Position numbers and translations under genes: made by a program
Shown here: one piece after another, positions 1 through 10,121 of the stretch
How the letters are laid out: every line of letters begins with the position of its first letter
How positions within the stretch are numbered: the first letter of the stretch is position 1
Notes under the pieces: model-generated
Told to the model about the DNA's origin: nothing
Databases searched by the model: none
The model's input: the letters and a program-made list of their open reading frames with translations, nothing else
Assembly (NCBI RefSeq): GCF_036323395.1
Contig: NZ_AP028907.1
Span: forward strand, 1,170,001 to 1,202,000
DNA: 32,000 bases
From: Pyrodictium abyssi
Lineage (GTDB): Archaea; Thermoproteota; Thermoprotei_A; Sulfolobales; Pyrodictiaceae
Direction: 5' to 3'

Positions 1-2
1 TC

Positions 3-89
3 GCCGCGGGCATCTTCCACTACCGCGTCTACAGCGTCAGGGAGGTCAAGGAGTACCTGGCCGAGAGGGGCGTGGAGGTGAGGCTCTAG
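3..89 (+). CDS. hisF: Imidazole glycerol phosphate synthase subunit HisF, C-terminal end (truncated by window edge)
   Basis: Manual translation AAGIFHYRVYSVREVKEYLAERGVEVRL* matches the HisF C-terminus; it sits immediately upstream of hisD. Confidence 0.85.
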   Translation, partial: AAGIFHYRVYSVREVKEYLAERGVEVRL

Positions 90-91
90 CC

Positions 92-1363
92 GTGCCCCGT
101 CTAGTCTACGCCGAGTGGCCCCGGGGCCCCGGCTCCGAGGAGCTGCGGGCTCTCCTCGGGAGGAGCTACAGCCTCGACGAGTACGTGGAAAGAGTCCGCC
201 CGATCGTGGAGGACGTGAGGCGCCGGGGCTACGAGGCGGCAAGGGAGTACAGCGAGCGGTTCGACGGCGTGGGGCTCGAGGACCCCAGGGTCCCCCGGGA
301 GGTGATGAGGGAGGCCCTAGAGAGCCTCCCAGCGGAGGTAGCGGGGGCGCTTGAGAGGGCTGTGGAGGCTGTCCGGCTCTACCACGTCTCCACCCGGCCC
401 GCGGAGACCGGGGTCCCGGGGGCCCGGCTGCGCTGGCTCCCCGTGGAGCGGGTCGCCGCCTACGCGCCGGGCGGCATGCACCCCTACCCCTCCACCGTGG
501 TACACACAGTGGTGCCGGCGAGGGCTGCTGGCTGCGGCCGCGTCGTGGTGGCGTCGCCGCCGTGCCGGGGCGGGGGCTGCCGTGGGTTCCCCGTGCACCC
601 CGCTGTGCTCGCCGCAGCCTACCTCGCGGGCGCCGACATGGTCTATGCCCTGGGCGGCGCACAGGCGGTGGCGGCACTGGCCTACGGCGCCGAGCCCGTG
701 GAGCGGGTCGACATGGTGGTGGGGCCGGGGAGCCCCTACGTGCAGGCCGCTAAGCTGCTCGTGTCCGGCGTCGTCGGCGTGGACATGGTGGCCGGGCCCA
801 CGGAGCTAGCGGTGGTGGCGGACTGTAGCGCTGACCCCAGGCAGGTAGCGCTCGACATGCTGGCGGAGGCCGAGCACGGCCCCCTCAGCCTAGCGGTCCT
901 GGCGACGCCCTGCCGCGGCCTAGCCGACGAGGTCTACGAGGCCCTCCGGCGCGAGGCCCGGGAGGGCATAGGCGACCTAGCGGTGGCCGTTACCCCGGGC
1001 GTCGAGGAGGCCCTGGGGCTAGCAGCCGCGATGGCGCCGGAGCACCTTGTAGCCTACCTCGAGGACCCCGGCCCGGTGCTCGAGCGCCGCGTCGGCGCCG
1101 GGGTGGTGAGCCTAGGGGTGCCGCCAGCGCTGCTCGACTACGCCTACGGGCCGAGCCACGTGCTGCCCACCGGCGGCGCCGCGAGGTGGAGGGGCGGGCT
1201 CAGCGTCTACACCTTCCTCCGGCCCGTAGCGCACGTGGAGCCCGGGCTCGAGGAGCGCTACCTAGAGGCCGCGGTGATCCTCGCCAGGCTCGAGGGCTTC
1301 GAGAACCATGCCCGTAGCCTGGAGCACAGGCTAGAGGAGCTAAGGAGGGCGAAGAGCCGGTGA
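92..1363 (+). CDS. hisD: Histidinol dehydrogenase
   Basis: 423-aa ORF, GTG start; HisD motifs such as YAPGGMHPYPSTVVHTVVPARAAG, VDMVVGPGSPYVQAAK, DMVAGPTELAVVAD, EHGPLS, GPSHVLPTGG. Confidence 0.97.
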   Translation: MPRLVYAEWPRGPGSEELRALLGRSYSLDEYVERVRPIVEDVRRRGYEAAREYSERFDGVGLEDPRVPREVMREALESLPAEVAGALERAVEAVRLYHVSTRPAETGVPGARLRWLPVERVAAYAPGGMHPYPSTVVHTVVPARAAGCGRVVVASPPCRGGGCRGFPVHPAVLAAAYLAGADMVYALGGAQAVAALAYGAEPVERVDMVVGPGSPYVQAAKLLVSGVVGVDMVAGPTELAVVADCSADPRQVALDMLAEAEHGPLSLAVLATPCRGLADEVYEALRREAREGIGDLAVAVTPGVEEALGLAAAMAPEHLVAYLEDPGPVLERRVGAGVVSLGVPPALLDYAYGPSHVLPTGGAARWRGGLSVYTFLRPVAHVEPGLEERYLEAAVILARLEGFENHARSLEHRLEELRRAKSR

Positions 1364-1662
1364 GCAGCGGCTGCCTCGGGTTCCTCGAGGAGCTCGACAG
1401 GGTGATAGAGCAGCGGGCCCGGGAGCTGCCCGAGGGCAGCTACACCGCTAAGCTGCTCCGGGACCCGGCGCTGGCGGCCAGGAAGCTCGGCGAGGAGGCC
1501 GCGGAGGCCATGGTGGAGGCGCTGGCGGGGACCCGGGAGAGGCTGGTAGAGGAGGCCGCCGACCTCCTATACCACCTCATGGTGGTGCTCCGGCTCCGCG
1601 GCGCAAGCCTATGCGACGTAGCCAGGGCGCTGGAGGCGAGGGCGGGTTGGCGCCGAGGGTAG
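1360..1662 (+). CDS. hisE: Phosphoribosyl-ATP pyrophosphatase
   Basis: 100-aa ORF; SYTAKLLRDPALAARKLGEEAAEAMVEAL...EEAADLLYHLMVVL is typical of HisE; start overlaps the hisD stop. Confidence 0.95.
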   Translation: MSSGCLGFLEELDRVIEQRARELPEGSYTAKLLRDPALAARKLGEEAAEAMVEALAGTRERLVEEAADLLYHLMVVLRLRGASLCDVARALEARAGWRRG

Positions 1663-2267
1663 CAGTGATACGCTACGGCGTCGGCAACATCTACAGCATC
1701 GTCTCGGGGCTGCGCCGCGCCGGCGCAGAGCCGGTGGTCGTGGACTGCCTCCGAGACCCCGGCGGGTGGGACGGCGTAGTCCTGCCCGGCGTCGGCGCCT
1801 ACGCGGCGGCCTCGATGAGGCTCCACCAGTGCGCCCAGGAGATACGCGAGGCGCTCCGGATGGGCGCCAGCCTCCTAGGCGTCTGCCTCGGCCTACAGCT
1901 GGTCTTCACGGATAGCCGCGAGGCGGGGGAGCACAGCTACGGGCTCAGCCTGCTACCCGGCACCGTGGAGAAGCTAGCAGCAGCCAAGCTGCCCCACATC
2001 GGCTGGAGCCGGGTCTACCGGGTCCCCGGCCGGGACTGCAGGCTCCTAGAGGGCGTGGAGGACGGGAGCCACTTCTACTACGTGCACAGCTACGCCTACA
2101 CCAGTGTCTGGGAGCCCTGGGTCTGCGCCGTCAGCCGCTACGGCGAGACAGTCTACGCGGCGGTCGTCGAGCAGCCGCCGGTCTACGCTACCCAGTTCCA
2201 CCCCGAGAGGAGCAGCCGCCTCGGCCAACGGGTGCTCCGCAACTGGGTCGCACTGCTCCGCAGCTAG
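1647..2267 (+). CDS. hisH: Imidazole glycerol phosphate synthase glutamine amidotransferase subunit HisH
   Basis: VAVIRYGVGNIYSIVSGL, LPGVGAY, GVCLGLQLVF (nucleophile Cys), YATQFHPERS. Likely TTG start at 1647 inside the longer ORF 1611..2267. Confidence 0.94.
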   Translation: MAPRVAVIRYGVGNIYSIVSGLRRAGAEPVVVDCLRDPGGWDGVVLPGVGAYAAASMRLHQCAQEIREALRMGASLLGVCLGLQLVFTDSREAGEHSYGLSLLPGTVEKLAAAKLPHIGWSRVYRVPGRDCRLLEGVEDGSHFYYVHSYAYTSVWEPWVCAVSRYGETVYAAVVEQPPVYATQFHPERSSRLGQRVLRNWVALLRS

Positions 2268-2318
2268 CCCCGGCGCACCGACCGGTACACAGCCCATGCC
2301 ACACGGGGGATACCCGCC

Positions 2319-3116
2319 ATGGGGGAGGAGAAGGGCGGGGAGAGGAGGCTCATACCCGTAGCAGTGGTAGACGCTGTCACCGGCGAGCCCCTAATGCTAG
2401 CCTACGCCGACCAGGAGGCCCTAGACCTGACCAGGGAGACGGGCCTAGCCCACTTCTACTCCCGTAGCCGCGGCAGCCTCTGGCTCAAGGGCGGCTCGAG
2501 CGGCGGGCTCCTAGACGTGGTCCGGGTCCTAGGCGACTGCGACGGCGACGCAGCAGCCTACGTGGCCCGGCCCAGGCGCCACGTATGCCACCTGGGCCGG
2601 AGGAGCTGCTTCCACAACACGCTGCTCGACCGCCGCCGCGAGCTGCTCGAACAGCTGCTGGAGGAGACCCGGCCCCACACCAGGATCGATGGGGCCCGGG
2701 TGCTGCACCCCCTCGCCACCTGGGCGCCGCCCCCGCCGCCGCTCCTCACAGCGCTAGCAGCGGAGCTGCTGGCCGAGAGGATACGCTCCCGGGCAGGCCC
2801 AGGGCTCACAGCCGTGCTAGCGCCCGAGGGCCCTGGAGGCCTGCTCGCGCTCCTAGCAGCCCAGAAGCTGGCCGTACCCCTCCACCTGGCCCGCGGCGGC
2901 CGCGCCCCAGAGAGCATCGGCGAGACAGACCGCGTCGCGGTCTACGCGCCCAGCCCAGCCGAGACCCAGGAGCTCGCAGAAGAGGCGCAGAAACGAGGCG
3001 CCCATGTGGCGGCTGTGGCGGCCCTAGCAGCCCCCGCCGGCGGGGACACCGGGGGCGTAGACGTGCTCATACGGGCCGAGCATGGCCACCCACCACGCCT
3101 AAGGCTAGCACTCTAG
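2319..3116 (+). CDS. hisI: Phosphoribosyl-AMP cyclohydrolase with a C-terminal phosphoribosyltransferase-like extension
   Basis: N-terminal PRA-CH motifs: MLAYADQEAL, FYSRSRGSLWLKG, DCDGDAAAYV, HVCHLGRRSCFHNT. About 140 further residues follow. Confidence 0.93.
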   Translation: MGEEKGGERRLIPVAVVDAVTGEPLMLAYADQEALDLTRETGLAHFYSRSRGSLWLKGGSSGGLLDVVRVLGDCDGDAAAYVARPRRHVCHLGRRSCFHNTLLDRRRELLEQLLEETRPHTRIDGARVLHPLATWAPPPPPLLTALAAELLAERIRSRAGPGLTAVLAPEGPGGLLALLAAQKLAVPLHLARGGRAPESIGETDRVAVYAPSPAETQELAEEAQKRGAHVAAVAALAAPAGGDTGGVDVLIRAEHGHPPRLRLAL

Positions 3117-3148
3117 CCAGGAAGCCACCATCTACACCGTAAACGCCG

Positions 3149-5295
3149 CTAGGACCACTTCCCGCAGGCCTTGGACACGGCCTCCAGGAGCCTCCTAAAC
3201 TCCTCCGCTTTCTCGAGGCCGCCGGCCCCGTCCGCCTCTAGGAGCAGCTGGGGCAGGAAACACTTTTCGCAGTCCCTCCTACGCCGCCTCCAGTACTCGT
3301 TCACAGCCCGTACCGGCCCCCGGCTGCACGGCTTGTCCCGGCAGCCCCGCAGCCCGGGCGCAGTACACGCCAGCGCCTCCATGCAGGGGCCGACTGCTAT
3401 CACCTCGGCGCCTCCGCCTAGCCTGTGCTTCTCGCGGACACTCCTCTCCCGCTCACCAGCCCGGCCCAGCTCGGCGTCGACGAGGATAACCACGCGCCGG
3501 CCGCTCCCAAGATGGGCCCTAACTATCCTAGTCATCTTCGCGCTACAGACCGGGAGGTGCAGCACCATGAAGCAGCGGAGGCCCCGGCGGCCAAGGAGCC
3601 AGCTCTAGAGCCCTCTTCGCGTAACGGTCCTCAACGACCACTACCACCCTACTACCCGCCAACGCCTCCAGCGCCCCACGCCTACCTGTCTCCAGGAGGC
3701 CGTAGAGGAGCGCCTCACTAGGCGTTACACCGAGCTCCCTCAGCTTCTCCGCGAGCCTCTCAGGGTCGCGGACCCTCCTAACCTTGGTCTCACCCGCCTC
3801 TATCTCGACCAGGGCAACCTCGTCCAGGCTCTTAGCAGCGTCAACCACCACCGGGGAGTGGGTAGCAACGATAGCCGTCGGCACGCTACGCCTAAGCTCC
3901 TCCAGCAGCAGCTCCTGGGCAGAGACGCGTGGAGACTATTCTCGAACTCGTCGACCGCGACAAGGCTGGCCCCGCTCAGCACAGCAGCCATAACAGCCAT
4001 AGTCTTCCAGGCCCCCTCGGGCACAGAAGGCTGAGCAACCTCCACATTTTCGACCACGAGCCGGAACGCCACACTGCCGTCCGGCGTAGGCTCAAAGAAC
4101 CCCGAGACACTACCAGCACCCAGAACGTCGGCAAGCACGGCAGCCACGTCCTCCGGGAGACGGCCACGCCCAAGCCGGAACAGCGCCGAGAGAAGGTTAG
4201 ACCCGTCCTCCCTGAGCCCCCGGGCTCCAGCACCTGCGGCGAACGCAGAGAACGATAATCAAGCAAACGAAGAACAACAATACCATCAATGAACAACCCA
4301 ACCAGATACGCCGCCGCAATCAATACTGCAACGATATTCGTAACTATGCTGGACCCTAGGCTCAGAGCCAGCCTCCTGGCAACACCGCCCACGATACCCG
4401 GAAACTTGCCTACCTTCTTCTTTCTTCCTGCTAGTCTGCTCACGAGGCAGCTGACAAGCTGCTCAGCAGGTTTAGTAAAGTCCAGCTTACTAAATACTAC
4501 AGCAGCTATACTCTCCCATAGAAGGTGTGAAACAATAGCATCTGCTTCTTCGAAGATATCGACCAGGTAGTTTGCTTTACCAACACGATCAAGATAGAGA
4601 TCAAGGACTCCTCTGGCCGGTATAACTTCCGCTGCAGGAGTGTCTCCGGTTAGTGACTTCTCCTCGAGTAGTGCAATGATCTGGTCTCTAAGTTGCTGTA
4701 GTAGATTATCTCTCTAAGTACTGCATACAAGAACATCTTCGGTTATTTTTGTAGCTATAGGCAAGATATCCATAGCGATACTTCCATGATACACCGGAGG
4801 TCTATGTGGCAATGATTTTGCTATTTTGAGGACCACGCCTTTCGGACTGAAAGCCTAGACAGCCTGTTCTACCAACACATACCTCGTCCTCGACTATCTG
4901 GAATTGTCCGCCGGTGCCAGATACTACAAGACTATATCTTGACTTTTCCCATACTGTCACGTATTGCTTCCTTAACGCTCTCTGCTCCCAGCTTTTCCTC
5001 TAAGAGTTTTGCTAGTTCCTCTTTGCTGCATGTGCTGCAGTCTAGGGTTATGGATATGGTTATGGGCTTGGTTTCGTCGTGCATCCATACGGCGTGGCGG
5101 TAGCCCCACCAGCGTAGGAACGGGTTGGCTACGCGGCCTCGGAGGTAGTCGAGGGTGTCCCGGAGGAGTAGCAGCGACTCTATGATGGCTGTCTTGCCTG
5201 AGCCGTTGGGGCCTACGAGTATCGTGAGCCTGGTTGGGAGCTCGAGCCTAGTATCCCCGTAGGGACTTGAAGCCGGAGACGCGTAGCTCTGCGAG
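3149..5295 (-). pseudogene. Fused OLD-family-like AAA ATPase/TOPRIM protein, interrupted by several frameshifts
   Basis: Conserved coding stretches lie in different frames on -: FKSLRG / DTRLELPTRLTILVGPNGSGKTAIIESLLLLRD (Walker A, about 5205-5255); LSFSAFAAG..LREDGSNLLSALFRLGRG; LVAVDEFENSLHA (Walker B-like) / AQELLLEELRRSVPTAIVATHSPVVVDAA; SRVVVVVEDRYAKRALE / VVILVDAELGR (TOPRIM-like E...DxE). Confidence 0.7.
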
Positions 5296-5494
5296 CCTGC
5301 AGCAGGTGGGCCGGGGGTTCTACACCCTTGTTCCTCCCGTGTAGCGTAGTATAGCGGCCCGGGACGGGGGCATAAGCGTCTATGGCCCCCGGGGCGCCCG
5401 GTGATGCCGGGCCCATTGCGTACCCTGTCGTCCTGCTTGGCCGTGCATCTTTTCTCGGTGATACCGGGGGTGTTGTAGGCGGGCTCTCCCGGCC

Positions 5495-6199
5495 TTGTCT
5501 AAGCGTTTCGAGCGCATGTATGCCCGGCTGGCCGTGCTCGCGGAGAGGATGGGCGTCGGGGATCTCCTCGGCCCGGTCGTGGAGAGGCTCGCGGCGCTCT
5601 ACAGCCGGGGCGTGCTGGGCGCGAGCCACGTGGTGCTCGAGCTCGTCGCCGCTGGGTGGCTCGCCCGCGAGGGCTACACGGTGTCGGTGGAGGAGCCTGT
5701 GGACGGGCTCATAGCCGACGTGGTGGCCAGGGCGGGGCGCGAGATGCTCCTGGTGGAGGTCGAGACGGGCTACACTCCGCCCCGGTGGAGCCACGCGCCC
5801 CTAGCCTACCACGCGGCCCGGCTAGCGGCCAAGACCGCCCGGTACAGCAGGCTCGGCGACAGATTCGCCCTCGCCTACCCCCTGGGCTACGCCGCGCCCC
5901 TGCACCCCGCGCTGCTCGAGCCCCCGTGGCGCCGGAGCCAGGGGATGCTAGCGGAGCTGAAGAGCCTGGTTGACCGGTTCTACAGGAGGCCACCCATACC
6001 CCTAGAAGCCTTCATGGATGCACGTCTCGACGCTGTGCTCCTCCTCGACCCAGACAACGCCGCGGCCTACTGGGCCCCGCCGAGCCACGCCCCCGGCCTA
6101 CAGGTGCTGGCGCTCCAGGCGGCGCTCTCCACCCTGACCAGCCCCGGCGGCGAGCCAGGCACCGCCAGCCCGGTGGCGGCTACCTCTGCGCCGTCCTAG
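5495..6199 (+). CDS. Hypothetical protein with possible PD-(D/E)XK-like core
   Basis: 234-aa ORF; HVVLELVAAGWLAREGYTVSVEEPVDGLIADVVARAGREMLLVEVETGY resembles an E...D...ExE/K nuclease-fold core. Confidence 0.6.
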   Translation: MSKRFERMYARLAVLAERMGVGDLLGPVVERLAALYSRGVLGASHVVLELVAAGWLAREGYTVSVEEPVDGLIADVVARAGREMLLVEVETGYTPPRWSHAPLAYHAARLAAKTARYSRLGDRFALAYPLGYAAPLHPALLEPPWRRSQGMLAELKSLVDRFYRRPPIPLEAFMDARLDAVLLLDPDNAAAYWAPPSHAPGLQVLALQAALSTLTSPGGEPGTASPVAATSAPS

Positions 6200-7577
6200 C
6201 GGCTGCTGGCTCTATAACCCGGTTGTGGTGGAGCCACTCGAGGTCTACGGCTATATGGTGCTCCTCTAGTATTGGCTCGTCCAGCCCCCGGGCTACCAGG
6301 ACGTAGTAGTTCCTGGGCGAGGCTAGCCCGGTCTCGCCCGCCTTCTCCTCGAGCTTCTCTAGCGCTCGGCGCGCGTCGGCCCTGCTCAGCCGGGCCCACT
6401 TGGCCTCGATGAAGGCCGTTGCTCTGCCGGGGCTCCTCAGCACCAGGTCTATCTCCATGCCCCGGCGCCACCAGGGCCCCGCCTGCCGCGGCTCCAGGGG
6501 CAGAATGCCCCGCTCCACCATGCGGGCGGCCAGCTGCGGCACGATTGTCTCCTCGAACGCCCGCCCCATGTAGCTGTCTAGCTCCCCGAGTATGGCGCGG
6601 CGCGCCTTCTCCACGGCGCCAGACTCTATCAGGCTCCTCAACGGGAGTATGAAGCTGAACCAGAACCTGAAGAAGTTGTCTCTGAACCGTAGCTGGACGG
6701 GCCTCCTCCTGCCCAGGGGCCGCACCCTCCCCACCAGGTCCAGCTCCTCGAGGACCTCGATGTAGCGGCCGATACTCCTCGGGTCCACTCCCGCTGCCTG
6801 GGCGGCCTCGCTCGGCTCCACCCTGCCCTCGGCGACGGCCCGCAGCAGTGCAAGGTATGTGCGGGGCTCGCGCAGCTCCTGCCGTAGCAGCAGCACCGGC
6901 TCGTCGAGGAGCGGGCTCCCGGGACGAGTAGCCTCCTCTACGAGCTTCTCAGCGGAGGCGCCGGGCCCCAGGAGCGCTAGGTAGGCCGGTGTGCCCCCGG
7001 CTACCCCGTAGAGACGGGCAGCCTCCACAGCGGTAAGCCCTGGGTTGAAGCCCCAAGCCTCCCAGAACGCCATTGGGCGTAGCCTTAGCTGCCCAGTGCG
7101 GCGGCCGTAGAGCGGCGCCCTGTAGCCGAGCAGCCGCTTCTCGAAGAAGGAGACAGAGGAGCCACAGAGCACCAGCATCATCCCGGAGCCCTTGAGGGCC
7201 GTATCTATGCTCCTCATGAGCCGGCTCGGCAGCGAGGGATCAGCCTCCACAAGGTACTGGAACTCGTCCAGCACCACCACCAGCTTGCCGCCGCCCCGGT
7301 GGAGCCGGGCGAGGGCCTCCAAGACCTCGACAACGTCCCCGGCGACAGGGAGCCCCAAGGCCTCCTTCACCGCCAGGGAGAACTCCCGGGCAAGGCTCTC
7401 GTAGGGCAGCTCAGCAGCCACGTAGTAGACGCATGGCCTGCCGCGGCAGAACCAGCGCAGCAGAAACGTCTTCCCGACACGCCTCCGCCCATACACCACT
7501 AGCAGCCGGAAGCCCGGCTCACGGTACTCCCTTTCGAGGAGCCCCAGCTCCCTCTCCCGGTCAACCAGCACCTCCAC
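6180..7577 (-). CDS. Archaeal ATPase family protein (AAA) with C-terminal DUF234-like domain
   Basis: YGRRRVGKTFLLRWF (Walker A), LVVVLDEFQYL (Walker B), LCGSSVSF sensor, PLYGRRTGQLRLRPM, GGTPAYL, and C-terminal GMEIDLVLRSPGRATAFIEAKWA. Confidence 0.92.
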   Translation of the reverse strand: MEVLVDRERELGLLEREYREPGFRLLVVYGRRRVGKTFLLRWFCRGRPCVYYVAAELPYESLAREFSLAVKEALGLPVAGDVVEVLEALARLHRGGGKLVVVLDEFQYLVEADPSLPSRLMRSIDTALKGSGMMLVLCGSSVSFFEKRLLGYRAPLYGRRTGQLRLRPMAFWEAWGFNPGLTAVEAARLYGVAGGTPAYLALLGPGASAEKLVEEATRPGSPLLDEPVLLLRQELREPRTYLALLRAVAEGRVEPSEAAQAAGVDPRSIGRYIEVLEELDLVGRVRPLGRRRPVQLRFRDNFFRFWFSFILPLRSLIESGAVEKARRAILGELDSYMGRAFEETIVPQLAARMVERGILPLEPRQAGPWWRRGMEIDLVLRSPGRATAFIEAKWARLSRADARRALEKLEEKAGETGLASPRNYYVLVARGLDEPILEEHHIAVDLEWLHHNRVIEPAAARTAQR

Positions 7578-7702
7578 AGGTTTTCGCCCCTAGAGGCGGC
7601 GCCGCGAGAGGCGCTAAAACAGCTGCGACGCTCCCCGGGCCGCACCTCTTTACATGGGTGTTACCCGCGCTGCCGCGTCCAGGGCCGGGGCGGGCGTATG
7701 GG

Positions 7703-8305
7703 CTAGCTCCGCGGAGGCAGAATAGCGCCCTTAGTGGACACTACGCCGCTGCTGGGCGACAGGGCCTGCCGCAGAGCCATGCCCAGCGCCTTGAAGGCCG
7801 CCTCGGCCACGTGGTGATCGTTCCCACCGCGGAGCGTGACCACGTGCAGGGTCATCCCGGCGGCCGCGGCCAGGCTCTGCAGGAAGTGCGGAATATTCTC
7901 CGTCGCTAGGCCCCCTATAGCCTCGCGGCGCAGGGGCAGCTCCACCCAGGCCCCAGGCCGCCCCGAGTAGTCCACAGCCACCAGCACAAGCGCCTCGTCC
8001 ATAGGCACCACAGCGTAGCCGAAGCGCGCTACCCGGTAGCCCCCAGAGGCCACAGCCCGGGCCACAGCCTCGCCCAGCGCCAGCGCCAGATCCTCAGCCA
8101 CGTGGTGGTCATCCACACGCTTAACCTCCTCCACGGCTGCGCGGAGACCCCAGCCAGCGTAGTACGCCAGAGTCTCCACCATGTGGTCCAGGAACGGTAC
8201 ACCGGTCGATACACTGGTCTCCCGCAGCTCCTCTCGGTCCAGGTCCAGGTCCACAATCACCCTGGTCTCCTTTGTCCGGCGCTCAACCTTTACCCGGCGA
8301 GCCAA
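7703..8305 (-). CDS. hisB: Imidazoleglycerol-phosphate dehydratase
   Basis: STGVPFLDHMVETLAYYAG, DDHHVAEDLALALGEA, DYSGRPG, TLHVVTLRGGNDHHVAEAAFKALGMALRQAL. Likely TTG start at 8305 inside ORF 7703..8407. Confidence 0.95.
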   Translation of the reverse strand: MARRVKVERRTKETRVIVDLDLDREELRETSVSTGVPFLDHMVETLAYYAGWGLRAAVEEVKRVDDHHVAEDLALALGEAVARAVASGGYRVARFGYAVVPMDEALVLVAVDYSGRPGAWVELPLRREAIGGLATENIPHFLQSLAAAAGMTLHVVTLRGGNDHHVAEAAFKALGMALRQALSPSSGVVSTKGAILPPRS

Positions 8306-8820
8306 TACAGCACACCCGGGGCCACAGAGGCCAGGCCGCCGGGTAATAGGTCCAGGGGACGGCCCAGCCGTACACGCTGTCTCGAAACAGAGGCCAGGCA
8401 GGCGCACAGGTACACCAGCCCACAGGTAAGCACACCCAGCTAACTATAGCATGCCCAAAACAACACAGCACACGTACACCAGCAGCAGAACAAAACAGCG
8501 CAAGCTACAATATGCGACAAGGCATACAGTATACTTTACACCGGCACCGCTAGAGTCGCACTATATTGCAACTTATTATCAAGGGTGCTTATACTGGGCT
8601 TGTCTTACCTGTGCCCGGGCTTAGCTGTAGCCGGGCCCCGCTACATGTTACCCCAGCGTGCACCAGGCAAGCCAGGCGCTGTAACAGTGAGACCTCCGGT
8701 AGTTAGTTAAGGAGAACCAGGTATAGACGAATTGTATACTTTAGACGTGCGCCCGGCATATAAGTGGCAAACTGCACAGTAAAACTACATGGAGAACAGA
8801 TACGGAGAAAGGTTTGAGAG

Positions 8821-9589
8821 GTGAACCCGTCTGTGAACAAGCTCGTATACATACTCGTACCCCTAGCGGTCGCCGCGCTAGCAGCCGCAGGCTACGTCTA
8901 CCTAGGAGGCGGAGAAGCAGCCCCAGCGACACAGACAGCAGCCACCGCTGCGCCGGCCGCGACGCAGACAGCTGCACCCCGGGGCGCCCGGGCAGGGCCA
9001 CGGCCCCGGCGCCGGCGGAGGCCCGGCAAGGGGCGTGGCTACCAGCGTGCAGCAGCTCCCAGCGCAGCCGCTCTCCGAGGACGAGAAGGAGAGCCTACTC
9101 TACATGGTGGAGGAGAAGCTAGCCCGTGACGCATACAACAGGCTAGCCGAGATGTACCCCGACGTACCAGTGTTCGCCAACATAGCGAGGAGCGAGCAGC
9201 AGCACGTAGACTCCGTGATGCAGCTAATAGAGAAGTACGGGCTCGACGTAGAGCTAGGGCCGCCCGGTGTGTTCCACAACCAGGAGCTACAGAGCCTCTA
9301 CAACGAGCTAGTAGACCGCGGCTCCAAGAGCCTAGAAGAAGCACTGAAAGTGGGCGCACTGATAGAGGAGAAGGACATAGTAGACCTAGAGGAATGGCTC
9401 GCTAAGACCGACAACGAGGACATCAAGCTAGTCTACGAGAACCTAATGCACGGCAGCTTCAACCACCTATGCGCCTTCACAAGGACCATGAAAAGCATGC
9501 TAGGCGTAGACTACAAGCCAGTACTCCTCGACGAAGAGACATACAACAGCATCATATCCAGCTGCCAGATGGGCGGCCCCAAGCGCTAA
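8821..9589 (+). CDS. Exported DUF2202 (ferritin-like) domain protein; leader and domain in different frames, probable 1-nt frameshift near 8970-8990
   Basis: 8821 frame encodes MNPSVNKLVYILVPLAVAALAAAGYVYLGG (signal/anchor). 9035..9589 frame encodes KESLLYMVEEKLARDAYNRLAEMYPDVPVFANIARSEQQHVDSVMQLIEKYG..., a DUF2202 pattern. The downstream frame reads HPGAPGQGHGPGAGGGPARGVATSVQQLPAQPLSEDEK upstream of the domain, a plausible linker. Confidence 0.8.
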
Positions 9590-10121
9590 AGGAATACAGA
9601 GAGAACACAGCCCCAGGGCACAACCCCCTACACAGCACCAACACCCCGACACACGCCACACGCATGAACGTATTTTCTCGCCCCAGGCAGGGACAAGCCC
9701 TCTGCCAGACACCACAGCGAGCGTTAGTGTTACCGTATTCAGTTAGCCTCGGAATACAGCATCTATGGGCAATGTCAGGTCAACGGATTGACCCAAGGTC
9801 TTCGCTGTCACTAAGAATTGATGACAGAAAGGTTAAGTACATGCAGTCAGGCAAGTGATAATCAATAGAGCTGACGGGAGAGGCCTATCCTGTTACAGTC
9901 CTGCATCATGTTAAATACTTTGGCGGGCTGAGAATGCTTTAGGATTTAGTAAAGCATGAATTGAAGCCACCGTCAAATGGACAAAGTGAGATTCAGAGAG
10001 CAAGCATGAAGCTCGTTGCGGGAATTACGGAATCAACAAATTTAGTTGTTTATGAAGTAAGGCGTGTTGAAACGCAGTGTAATTGATTGCTACTATGTGG
10101 CTGAGAATGATTAGACAGAGT

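Noticed and set aside
5213-5794. 193-aa minus-strand ORF
   Set aside because: It is mostly a shadow of the 5495..6199 gene, and its C-terminal end only overlaps the out-of-frame start of the broken OLD-like gene.
7433-7909. 158-aa plus-strand ORF over the ATPase start and hisB end
   Set aside because: Overlaps two well-supported minus-strand genes and has no coherent motif.
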